Shown here in pieces: positions 26,301 to 38,137 of a stretch of 64,000 bases of DNA. The stretch is from Balanoglossus misakiensis (taxonomy: Eukaryota > Animalia > Hemichordata), in NCBI GenBank assembly GCA_040954595.2, contig CM082581.2, forward strand, positions 12,398,286 to 12,462,285, in the 5' to 3' direction. The notes beneath the pieces were generated by a model. It made no database searches, was not told where the DNA came from, and saw only the letters and a list, made by a program, of their open reading frames with translations. The position numbers and the translations under genes were made by a program. Each line of letters opens with the position of its first letter. Within the stretch, counting starts at the first letter, position 1.

Positions 26301-27163
26301 AGACGAGGAACAGTGGCATCAGGACTGGGCCATCATGCTGAGTATTGCCAGCCAGCCTGGGGCTGCCTTGGAGCAAATACACATCTTTGCATTGGCCCAT
26401 ATGCTGAGAAGACCCATTATAGTCTATGGGGTGAAGTTTATCAAGAGTTTCAGAGGGGAGACGCTTGGTTATGCCAGATTTCAAGGTGATGTTTGTTCTC
26501 TTGTGTCCATCACACAACATATTTCTTTGTTCCTCCATTCCTATATATATGACATAGCATGTTTTTCTCCAGTTGCTAACTTTTGTGCTTCTTTTAACTC
26601 AACAGGTGTGTACCTGCCTCTACTGTGGGAGTCCAGTTTTTGCTGGAAGAGTCCGGTTGCCCTTGGTTACACCCGAGGCCACTTCTCTGCATTGGTTCCC
26701 ATAGAGATGGACACAGACAGTAACCTTGGCGCTGGGGCATATGTTGATAGCATTGATGATGTACAAGTTACATATCTCCCATTGACAGACAGTGAGGGGA
26801 AATTACTTCCTGTGCATTTCATTGCAGCTGCTGAGGTATGTGTTCATGTTCTTTGATATGAGGCTGATTTGGTACCATGCCTGATACGATAGTGTTGTCA
26901 TCTGTGAAATGCATTACAAGTATTACTTGTTCTGGTTACTGTGGTTACATTTACACAGGTGGTCTTTATTTCTGTCCGCCTTTTTTTTTTGACAGGCAGG
27001 GACGGAAGAGCGACTTCTGCATGAATGGATGGATTGCATGGTGACAGAAGGTGGCAACTTGGTTGCCCAACAAATCACACACAAAAGGAAACGTCCAGTC
27101 CAAGTCAGTCAAATGCTGGATGAGTGGCTGGAAAGATACCGGAAGCTGAGTAGAAGAACGTGA
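23345..27163 (+). CDS. ZRANB1: Ubiquitin thioesterase ZRANB1/TRABID
   Basis: Three NZF fingers (KWQCEYCTYLNW, KWSCRACTYLNW, KWTCTACTYDNW), AnkUBD (WLFLNACIGVV...TLVHLAIRF) and OTU catalytic motifs RTAGDCLLDS and RGHFSAL. Six coding exons; TGA at 27161-27163. Confidence 0.96.
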
Positions 27164-28329
27164 AAGATTACAGAATTTCAGATTTGCTCTGGATTCCTGT
27201 CAGTGGATGTGAGGATTGCGGTTGTGGTTGCTGTGCATACAAAATTAAAGCTGATTAAAAATAATTAGATATAATGGGAAATAAGTGGGTTGAAATTTAT
27301 TGATCCCTTTGTGCAGTGTTATCTCATGATGGGGCATTGGTTGGAAATACAAATATGTCAAACAAATGCCGAATCAAGCAACAATTAGAAATTTGGTGAC
27401 CAAATAAAATGGTCACTCGCAGATCATTCTGACAAAGAGTGATTTGCATATATAACTCAGAGAAAAAATTAACAACTCCACAAAGAAAACACATAAAAAC
27501 TTTAACACAGGGTCTTTTGAAAAAAAAAAAACAGAATATTTTTCACTCTCTCATAATGTCAGGCTTCACTGTAGTGTAGTTGTGTTGTCTCTCATCACTG
27601 CAGGTACCTTGTTTTCACACACAAAAACCCCCACAAGTTTAGATTTTTTATGATTGTATGTTTGCTGGTTTTGTCTCACCACCTATAAATTACAGGAAAT
27701 TTGGAATTTCCACCTGGAATAAATTGTTCAGAGAAAACCAGTTCTGGGTGAAAATTTAAAATTTCACTGTACTCAATGCTCCCATCATATATCATTTATC
27801 AACTCACTCTTTTCATATGAATTCCCCAGTTCTAGGATTTTCTACAGTTTCATATACCTTGTGTGTGGTACTACATTTGGGCATATTTTCCATGGACTGT
27901 GCTAGTTTTACACGCATGTCTCCAACTTGAAATTCTCACAATCATTTTGAGTCTGTACAGTATAGAATGAGATTAAAAAGAAACTTTCATAGGTAGTGTA
28001 TTTGACCCAATGAAAAGTAGAAAAAAATCTACAATATGATAATATATTATACTATTTATCAACAAATAAAGTTATATGTGAGAGTCTTCATTTGAATCTA
28101 AAAGAAGATGATGGCTTCAGTCTGGCTGAAGTGCTTTTTCCTTTGGTTGTGTAGGTAACAGGTGTCCCATCCATGAAACTGCCACCCCAGTCCCCCCCCC
28201 CCAAGAAAACACAACAACAACAGCCCTGTCTGTCCCTTCAGAGAACTTTCACAATTTACAGTACCCCAAATATGCCGTCTAAAACCCATTGCAAACACGG
28301 TCTCTTCATTCTGCTTCTCCAGCAACTGT

Positions 28330-29402
28330 CACTACAATAATTGTAGTCTTAGGTGGCCATCAGCGCGATCAAACCAGCCCACTATGAAGGCTATAATTAT
28401 TGCAACTACTGCAACTGAGCTCTCCCAACCATAACCCAAGGTGTCCCATACTCAGACTCAAACTGTAAACCTCCCCATTTAGATCTCATCCCATTTCAAC
28501 TCCCCAATCCCCACGTGATTGATAAACACGGGAAAATTTTCATGGTTAAAATTCATACAACTTTTAGAGTGATGTCATAGGTGAAAGTCCAATAATGGTT
28601 GAGTAGTTTCTCGGTTTCATCTATAGAGGTTCTGGGATGATGTTCAAATCCTATAGTAGTTTTACAGGAATGTTTGAGACCCAAGTCCAAGGTCAAAGGT
28701 CACAACCATATATTTAGTCGTTTACCCCATTATACCAACTAACCGAATTCAAACGAATGTGTCTGCACTGTCATGTACTTGCCAAATATTTTCTAACATT
28801 CTCATTCATGGAAACGCTCAACTTCTCATTTCAAAACAGCAGTTTGGGGTCCGTCAGTGCTTGCTTTAATACACATATCAAAATCAGTATTTAGGGTTGA
28901 CTCTTTCACCCAGTATAAGAACTTTTGGAGAGAGAGAGAGCTTGCATGATATTTGTAACTTATGTTTCTGGTAGCTCGAGAAACACTTTGCATTTTCCCC
29001 AATTTTACTGAAAAGTACTTAGTCACATGTCCTTCTAAAGCATTTTGATATATTGATAAAGATTTTTAGTTACTCTGGTTACTATAAGTTCAGATGGATT
29101 AGTGGAGTTTGTAATGTGCTAACGTTTTTGACACTGGTCATTTTTTTAACAAAAAAAATAGTCATTTTCATGTCAGCATATTTTATAACTGTATAGCATG
29201 TGACTTTGTATGTTTTTTTTTAAATATTTATTTCATATTATTTGGCGGCCATTTTGAAAAAAAATGGTTGCCATGGAAACTCAACAGATATTAATAGTGG
29301 CTCGCTATCTGAATATGTTTAGTACACATTAACATACATCTGAGCTAAGTTTGGAGCTTTTATCACAAAATGCAGTCAATCTGTTATGCCACTCCACTGC
29401 TA
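28330..29402. mobile_element. Probable decayed non-autonomous DNA transposon fragments
   Basis: Non-coding and contains phrases typical of marine-invertebrate interspersed repeats (ggtcaaaggtca, ggcggccattttgaaa, gttgccatggaaac, aagtttggagcttttatcacaaaatgc). No TIR or TSD was resolved. Confidence 0.4.
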
Positions 29403-30141
29403 GGTGTTTTTCTTTGTAATTATTAAATTGTACCTGCATGATGTACAAACAATAGCAATCATGACAATAAATGATTTGGTTTTATTGAAAATATTTTGTC
29501 CCGTAGACGAGGGTGATATCTGAAGTCAATGCACACGTGTGGTGTGTTTATGTGTCAAAGAGCAGTCGAAGTGTACATAGGACAGTCAAGCAAGTCTTTC
29601 AACTATTTATTGTTGGTCTGTTCGCCTTCATAGTGTTCATATTGGTGTAACAGATAACAGCATAAGGGTGCAACAAATAGACATGACACAAGTCATAAGA
29701 TTATTAAGATGTTTTAATGATCAATGGTTTTGTCCAGTGACTTCATACATACATGATTATCTAAAACAAGGCTTTTTGGTCATAAAAACTCAACAGCACA
29801 TAAATTTTGTGAATAACTACCTATCTTGAGAATAGTACCTTCTATGTTGAAGGGTACTATGGTTAAACTGTCTTTGCTACATGCAAAGTCATCCAACAGA
29901 ACAGCTGCTACTCAGTTGACATCTGCTTTTATTACTAAGGGTAAAAAGTTGTCAACCAAAAAATCTAAAAGTAAAACATTCAGGGAGTTCTCCACCACCA
30001 GCTTTCGGTGAATGTGCTTCTTAAATTTTCAAGTGGTTATTTTGTAGGCTTTCCTGGGAATATAAACCCTGCTTCACTGACATTTACCAGTAACAGATAA
30101 AGTGGGCAGTTTCTAGAGAATAATTCTGTTCAGATTTCAAT

Positions 30142-33100
30142 TCATTCATCACTTTTCTTCTTCTTTTTCTTCTTCTTTCCTGATGATGGAGTGTCCCCTG
30201 TTTCCATGGCAATGCTATCATCGGCGTCTGCCACATCCTTTTTCGACTTCTTCTTTTTCTTTCCTGACGCTGGTGTTACAACTTCTGTTTCCATGACAAC
30301 ACTATCATCAGCTTCTTTGGCCATGCTCTCATCACCAACACTGCCTCCCTTTTTCTCCTTCGATTTTTTCTTCTTCTTTCCCGATGCTGGTGTAACAGCC
30401 TCTGTTTCCATGACAACACTATCATCTGCACCTTGAACTACACTGTCATCCACATCGGCCTCCTTCTTCTCTTTCGACTTCTTTTTCTTCTTCCCTGATG
30501 CTGGTGTAACTGCTGTTTCCATGACAACACTGTCGTCTGCAGCCTGCACTAAGCTGTCATCGGCGACGCCATTCTCTTTTGACTTTTTCTTCTTTTTCTT
30601 TGTTTTTGGTGTTTCCTCTGCCATCTCTTCCACTTCTTCTGTTTTAATCTTTTTCTTCGGTGTTGGTTCTTCTGCCTCATCTCCAGCCGCCTCAGATTTT
30701 CGTTTCTTTTTCTTCTTCTTTTTCTTCTCACTGGCTTCAAGCTCAGCTGCCTGTCAACATAAAAAAGATTCATTGGTGAAACGCTGCACTGCTATACTCA
30801 TCAATGGATCAAATCCTGATTTCTTAAAACTTTGGAATATGTCATGTGCTTCCCGATTTAGTCAAGAAATCTCACCAGACAGAGAAATCTCGGTGGAGCA
30901 GAAAGCAGGGATTAATCTAGCATTCTGTCTTCCATGTTGTACTGTAATGTGACAGTACCATGACAAAAGCAGAATGCACAACAATGTATAGTTATATCAA
31001 TTATGTAACATTTACTAGAATTCCATCTTTAACAAAAAACCACAAAACTATTTGGAACTGTTGAATGTCGAACTCACCTCTGTGACTGCTTCTTTCATGA
31101 CATCAACATTTTTTCTTGGTGCTTCACCAGTCTCGTAGAATTTCAACCGATCCTCAACTTGTTCCCGTAACTTCTCACCAAATATAGATGATGGGAATTC
31201 TGTTGTTTGGAAACAGATGACAGGTATAATACACCATTAGAGGAAATTAGAAAGACTGGAATGTTTTTTTATTAAGTATAATCTGGAACATATAATGTGC
31301 TTTCTGATTTAGTCAAGAAATCTCACCAGACAGAGAAATCTTGGTGGAGAGGAAAGCAGGGATTAATCTAGCATTCTGTCTTGCATGATGTATTGTAATG
31401 TGACAATACTATGACAAAAGCAGAATGCATAACTTGTATAGTTATAGTATTTATGAAATTTTCTGTATATCTTGACATGAAAATTCAAGCAAACAGGTCA
31501 GCACTGCCTCACCTGAAAAACAATCTATCCTGGATGCTATGGAGCATTTGTTGGCCAGGTAACGTGAGATTCTACCCTTATTCTTAGCACCAGCTCTACC
31601 AATGAAGGTCGAATGGAACAGGAGTCCATACTTTGGAGTGTTTCCTTTGGTCTTTAAGGCTCTGTGAATTGAAAAATATAAACCAATACAGGGTTATGTT
31701 AGAAGTCTCCCGCTTTGTGGCCAGTAAGATTTCTTTCTCAACTTTGGCATGAATACTGGACTGACAAAGTTACCTACCTGAAAAGAGCTTTCTCAGCACC
31801 CAGAATCTGCACTGTTGATGCGGGATACTTGGCGAGATTAGTCAAACTCCCAGCATGTGAAATCAGACGAGCACCGACCTGTAATTTAGTCACAACAGAA
31901 AACACACGTAAAGTTGCCAATCAGATATAACAGAAACAATAACACAATCTTGGCTTTGAAAAGGGCAACAATGAATGATTACTAGACAGACTTACTTGGT
32001 CGCCTATCAGCATGGCTAAATTTGGTGCAACTGCAGCCATCTTTTCTCTCAAATAAGTCTGCAGTGATTTCCTGTAAGCGGACAAGGCTATCACCCTTGA
32101 TGCGAAACTTTCGATGTTTATCAGATCAATGGGTGAGATGTCCATACCTGGGATAAATGAAGGTCAATGAATAAAATGAGTTCTGTAGATTTCCCATGGG
32201 GTGGTGTGAAGACAATGACAAGTGTTGGTTTCAAGTTACTTGCGAATTATATATTTTCATTCCCTGCTTTAGTTAAACTCGGGCAGGAAAACAAGATTGT
32301 CTGTGTGCAACACTTACCCATTGAACTCCTTGACGCATCCACGATGGCTTGAGCTTTTGCACTGTCCATCACAATCTCCTCCAGACCATCCAACTTGTCG
32401 TCAGTCAAATCCTTGCGACTTTTCACATACTTTGCAACGTGGGCGTACATCACATTGTCGCTGACGATTTTCACGAGCTCTGGAAAGTGGTAAGAATACC
32501 ACTCCCTGTAATCACAAAGTCATATGGGTCAGTTCAAGTAATGTTACATTTTTTCAAGCATAAACAAGGTAATGAAAATGCATTTTCCTGGATGATATCT
32601 GAAGCAGCATAGGTGATGACTGAGATGCTAACAAAGACAGCAAAACCCACTGTACCTTATTCTCATACTAAACGTATTTATGTCTTTATCCAGCTGGTCT
32701 AACAAACTGATGGACTGGATTATCATATTGTCTACCCTGCTGACATTGAACTTGACCTTGGCTCTGGAGTAGCTGTGTCCCAGTCCAAGTTGTGCCTTGC
32801 ACTCTGTCTCTTTGGTGCAGCCTTTGAGTAGTCTGTGGAAGTGGTAGCGAATACCTAAACATACAATAAAAAGTAATGTAACATTACAACTAGTATATAA
32901 GTGAAATGATACACATTCAAAGATTGTACCAGAAATGGTACATAGGCTTGATGCTGTATGCCTGTTTTCTTTTCTGATCACATACCTCGCATGATTTCAG
33001 GAACCACTCCAACTGCCACACACTTGACATCGAACGCTTCTGTGATGGAACCACCGATCTTGGAATCCGACACACCAAGGGTGACCTTTTTCCTCTTGGC

Positions 33101-33945
33101 AGGCAGGTTGGTTTCAAGGAACAGTTTCAGATCATTACTAAGTATACCTGCAATTGAAACAGGTCAAAAAAATTATATTATAACCACTTGAACACAATCT
33201 TGATTTCACTTTAGTATTTTTTAAGAACCAGCTGGCACCTAGTGCTATACTTACCCTCTGAGATACAGTTGATGTTATCGAGTGCATCACTGGCTGTCTT
33301 GAAGGGACAAAACGCTTGCAGTTTCACCAAAGATGAGAATTTACCAAAGTCCAACACACTTTGCTCAACTTGGTGGTGCTGCATGGAAACCTCTTCCATT
33401 TCGATGACCGCAAACAGGCCGTAGCCAGATGCATGTTCATAAAGTACCCAAAAGACCTGAAAATATTACAGAAAAAAGTATAACATTTGTAAGTTTACAT
33501 GATGATAGAACTGTTTGTGTGATAAAGTATTTTTCATTATGTGAATTGTGAATCTTGATTGTAAAAGAGTTGATGTTTGAGCTGGCCAGGCCAGGTTGTA
33601 AAAATGACCAGACCTTATGCAAATTAGGAAACGTGCACACTCACACACTATCGTGTGCCTTCCTTCCCCGTGAGCAATCGTATTCCAGTAATCATTTTAA
33701 ATGTGTATCATGACCTTAAACAGAGCGTGAATACTGATACTGAACATTTAGAAATCAAACATTTGGGAGGCCTCGTAGCAAACAGGCGACGCAGACCTGG
33801 CCAGACTGGTATGCTAAACCATGGCTAAACTTATGGCTTCAATAGCTAATATGCAGTGCAGTATTCATTCCCTTCGAAAGAGATCTACGGAGATCACGGG
33901 AATGATCATAACGGGGTATTAACTAACGTTGCATAAGCTTACCAT
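30142..33945 (-). CDS. NOP56: Nucleolar protein 56 (box C/D snoRNP core)
   Basis: The first coding exon is ATG only (33945-33943|gtaag). It is followed by [113 protein letters not shown] and a Lys-rich tail. Confidence 0.97.
30842..30979 (-). ncRNA. Box H/ACA snoRNA, copy A (last NOP56 intron); predicted SNORA4/snR83-like guide
   Basis: Sense to NOP56. Hairpin GCAUUCUG...CAGAAUGC, H box AGAUUA, hairpin GCUUUC...GGAAGC, then ACA 3 nt from the end; 138 nt. Confidence 0.85.
31293..31430 (-). ncRNA. Box H/ACA snoRNA, copy B (penultimate NOP56 intron)
   Basis: Close paralogue of copy A with the same H and ACA boxes. Similarity is essentially confined to the predicted RNA and a short upstream flank, and there is a compensatory pair change in hairpin 1. 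Confidence 0.85.
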
Positions 33946-34310
33946 AGTGTACTTTCTGTCCCGTTGTGGGGACGCAGTCGTGCTCTAAAAGTCGCAAAAA
34001 CGACTATATTTATCAGCTGTGCGAAAAACGTGGTCTCTACCAAAATCCAATATGGCGTCTTCGCAAAGCACTGTGGGATCATAGATACTGCCTTTAAAAT
34101 TAAATTGAAACAGAATATTATTATGATAAATATCTGTTAGTGAATTTCAGAAAAAAATATAAGCTGAAAATTATCCGTCTGTAATGTTTCTTCTTGTATA
34201 GGCTGTGTTACTTTTTATTTGACCTCTGACTCCTGTAGCATAGGTAACCCGGAAGTGATGGGACCCACGCAACATTCAACATTCCGGAGCGTGATTTGAA
34301 TACAGTGAGT
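33946..34310. promoter_or_regulatory. Bidirectional promoter NOP56/RABEPK
   Basis: YY1-like CAATATGGCG at 34048-34057, ZNF143/Staf-like ATCCCACAGTGCTTTGCG on the minus strand at 34062-34079, ETS CCGGAAGT at 34249-34256. Confidence 0.7.
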
Positions 34311-34466
34311 TATCTTGTCTCTTGGCTACCGTGTTTTCTAACGAATGCTTTTTGTGAGTTTGTTTTCAACGCAACGCAAAATATTGCAAGAAAATATATG
34401 TTGAAGTTGTGTCTCCTGAAGCAGGTACTCGTACGTACGCACAGCTCACGAGCCTAGGGGCAGGTC

Positions 34467-34507
<41 letters not shown>
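34467..34507 (+). repeat. (GAT)n microsatellite
   Basis: About 13 perfect TGA/GAT units in the RABEPK 5' intron. Confidence 0.95.
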
Positions 34508-34647
34508 TTTAAAACTGTGAGGTTTGCTGATGAGTTGAAGCAGAAAAAACTAGTTTGGGATGATTTATCTTTGCCTGGAAATTACTGTAAACCTTCACAT
34601 CACATAAATTTCTATAATTTACAATTCACAGCAAGTGATCTGTCAAA

Positions 34648-37600
34648 ATGGAGTTGCATCCAATCTTGGAGCCAGGAGACACGCCCACACCTGGCATGTG
34701 GTACGTTCTGTCTCCAAAAGGAGAGGCACCGTCAATGAGAGTTGGTCATACATGTAACTTTGTACGAGGGAAGGAAGGCAAACAGGGGAAAGTAGTCTTT
34801 GTTGGTGGTGCCAATCCGAATGGCGCTTTCAGTGAAACCCACATCCTTAATTTAGGTATGTTGTCTTGGTTACAGTTGCCTTGGTGAATATTCTTGTGTA
34901 TATCAGTGAAAAAGAAAATATGTCATTTATTCTTTTGAAGATAATTACTGAGCAGTTGGACAGCAGTGTGAGAATTAATGATCTCGTTATGTTGTGACAT
35001 TACATCTGTTACATCCAACAGAATTGTACGAATGGGATGAACCAGAGTGGCCAGGTCTTAGAACTCGCTATGAACACTCTGCTTTTGTTCCGGAAAGTCA
35101 GCCTGATAAATTGTATGTCTTTGGTGGAGCAGAGAAAGAAGTCAACCTCAATGATGTACAGATGCTTGATATGAGTAAGTAAAGCCAACAGAGAGAGTCA
35201 TGTTATCAAATCTATTTTGTAAAAAAATCTATGTTGGATAGTCAATCTGTTAAATATGTGGTACACAGTGAAGACATACAGAATCACTTTGAGTTGTGTT
35301 GATGAAATGTCAGCATTCATTCTGTGCAGAAAGTGTTGTCATCACACATGTTGGCTTTAACATAAAACGATATATTTTTCTCTCTTCAAAGGCGCTGGCA
35401 CATGGAGCATTGTGTCCGTATCCGGTAAACCTCCAAGTGTGAGAACATGTCATGGTATGGCTAGTATTGGAGATAAATTGTACATCTTCAGTGGTGGTCA
35501 GTCTGGAGCAGAACCTGTGGGAGACAGGAAAATTCACGTTTTTGATGCAAGTATGTACTGTGACAGCACATGAATTAGTTGGAACACTGTTTTGTGAAGG
35601 AAGGCATTTGACGCCACAAGCTAAGCGCCCTCAACTGTTCATGTAATGAAACCTTTCTGGAAACAGGCACTCAATATTTTGGAACAATCCAACTTTCTGA
35701 CAATGATAGCCTGTGTAAAACTTAAATAGATATTATATTTTATGGAAATTTACTCTCATTGATACTAGATACAAATACTTGGTCACAACCTAACATCAAA
35801 GGAAATTCACCGAAACCAAGGCATGGTCATGTGATGGTTGCCATAGGAACCAAGATATACATTCATGGTGGCATGGCTGGTACAACTTTTTATGACGATG
35901 TTCATGAATTAGACACTGGTAAGGAAATTCCGGCTTGAGAAATAATCCAAACATGAAGTGTTTACAGTAACGTTGTTGAAGAATTTGATTTCTTGGCAGA
36001 AACCAACCATTTTTTTTATGATCAATAGTTTCATGGATTTCTGGACTTGAAACAAAGACTGAATTTTGTTCTTATTTACAACTTACTGGTAATCCCCATT
36101 TCTTCTCCTCAAGTTGCATTGTCATGGAGACAAGTGAAGTGCAAAGGCAGTGCACCGTGCCACAGAACAGCTCATTCGGGCATAGCTGTTGACAAGAAAA
36201 TGTTCATCTTTGGAGGAATGAACAGAGAGGGCGCCCTTGATGATCTCTATGTACTTGATTCAGGTAGGTGTATGTCTCCTACTGTATGTTAAGTGTTTTT
36301 GTCCCAAAATAGAACAGAAAAAATGGGCCACGGCATAATTTATATGAGAACCAAACGTGGGTCAGACCCAGTGAAACAGGAATAACACTGTGATAAGTCG
36401 ATATTTATTTGGTTGACTCGTAGACAACAACACATGACGTAGTGCAATTGTATGACAACAGATGACGTAGAGTTTCATTAGAATAGTCATGTTTCACTGG
36501 GTTAAAGGTCATCAACAACTCCTGAGCTATTGTTATTTTTTTTACCACTTCCATTGTCTTGGTCCTTTTCTGCACACCTCCACAATGTAGTCCCGCCTTG
36601 CATTTCACAATAAAGGGTGACAGAATACTATGATATAGGGATGAGAGATGGATCATGAAGGGTGAATGACATAGCCTTCAGGTCAATGGGAAAAACATTC
36701 AGCTTTGTTGTTTTTTTTAGTTAATATTCACTCAGGGTTTTGGTCAAGCCTGATCCCACACCCACACTATACTGAGATAAAACGTGTGGTTTCTGTGGTA
36801 AACCACTTATTCAGCCTGGTTTGTAATCATGTGGTCTACATCAGTCCTTCCCTACTGGGTAAAGTACAACGGTAAAAATGTCATTAAAATAGTAATAATT
36901 CATTTGTTAACTTGGCTGACAAAAACACAGTGACGTAGTTCTTCTCTGTGTGTGCTATACATGGTTACCTATTGATATATTGTTTACCAGTTGTTGTCGT
37001 ACCCTTGAGGACAAGATTTAGTTTTATTCTACTGCATTCTAATATCCGTATAGAGTGCGTCAACTTGAAATATCAGAAGCAATGTTTTAAACGAATAAAT
37101 AAAAATATTTCTTTGCATATTCAAAACATAGATGATACTGTCTGGCCACGAATAGCTTTGCATCTATATTTACATTACTCTCATCATATTTCTGTGAGTT
37201 TGAAACTCACTGAGATTTAATATTATCAACAGAGATGTTAAAAATAAACATGCTTCAAGCTCAGAAGCCTTGGCAGAGTGTGTTCCAGACAGTGCAGGAA
37301 ACAAAACAGTGGGAAATATGACCACAGAATGTGAAACTGCACGTAGACTAAACAAATATTAATGAATGTCAGGCAGTCACTACATGAGTTAAGCAATAAC
37401 CCATGCCACAGGCATGTACAGTACAGTGCAGACAGTTAATCGTCCTTGCTTTAATACTTATGAAAATGCCCACATTTTTAATAATCAAAAGAACACTGGG
37501 GTGTGTGTGCGAGTGTAGCCACACTCTCTCTTGGCTTTTGTTCCTCAGCTAATACATGCACACGTGTGTGTTTACTGATACACCATTCAACTCCAAACAC

Positions 37601-38137
37601 TGGCGGTCAAATCTGTAACCTTGACCTTATCAAATTTCTTTGGAGCTGTTTTCTGGAACGCCGTTGAAACGAGACGTTATTGTATTATAGGATGGAAACT
37701 TTATTTTTTTGTTCATCTCAGGGAATTTTAAATGGAGTAAAGTAGATGTAAGTGGACCACCACCTCCATCGAGATTGGATCATTGTATGTGTGTCATAGA
37801 ACTGAAACCAACGGCAGGGACTCAAAACCCTTCCGAGACTCCACAGTCTGAGAGTGCAGAGGGAAAAGAAGATGTGGAGAATGCCACTGAGGAAGTAGAA
37901 AGAGAGGGAGGGGGTGTGAATGCAGAGGGCAAGGTTGGGGATGAAGATGCTGAGGGTGGGGAGGAGGTTTTGGGGGCCGAGGGAGGCGGGGCAGCAACGA
38001 GTTGTAGTGATGCAGCTCTGTCATCTGTAACCGCCGGCGACGCTGAGGAAAGGACACTGCAGTTGATTCTGATCCACGGGGGTATGGACACTGAGGGGGA
38101 GATCTTTGACGACACTCTGGTTCTGTGTGTGCAGTAG
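34648..38137 (+). CDS. RABEPK: Rab9 effector protein with kelch motifs (p40)
   Basis: N-terminus MELHPILEPGDTPTPGMWYVLSPKGEAPSMRVGHTC...KVVFVGGANPNGAF, kelch repeats (RYEHSAF, PRHGHVM, RTAHS, RLDHCMC) and C-terminal IHGGMDTEGEIFDD; six coding exons. Confidence 0.92.

Noticed and set aside
31340-31356. U5 snRNA match GTGGAGAGGAA in snoRNA copy B
   Set aside because: Not shared by copy A, and the pocket geometry fits the 18S site better.
33580-33597. Echo of the SCA36 GGCCTG repeat in NOP56 intron 1
   Set aside because: Only two CCTGG pentamers, a different unit that is expected by chance.
34409-34738. Poly-Met ORF upstream of RABEPK
   Set aside because: Artefact of the intronic (GAT)n repeat.
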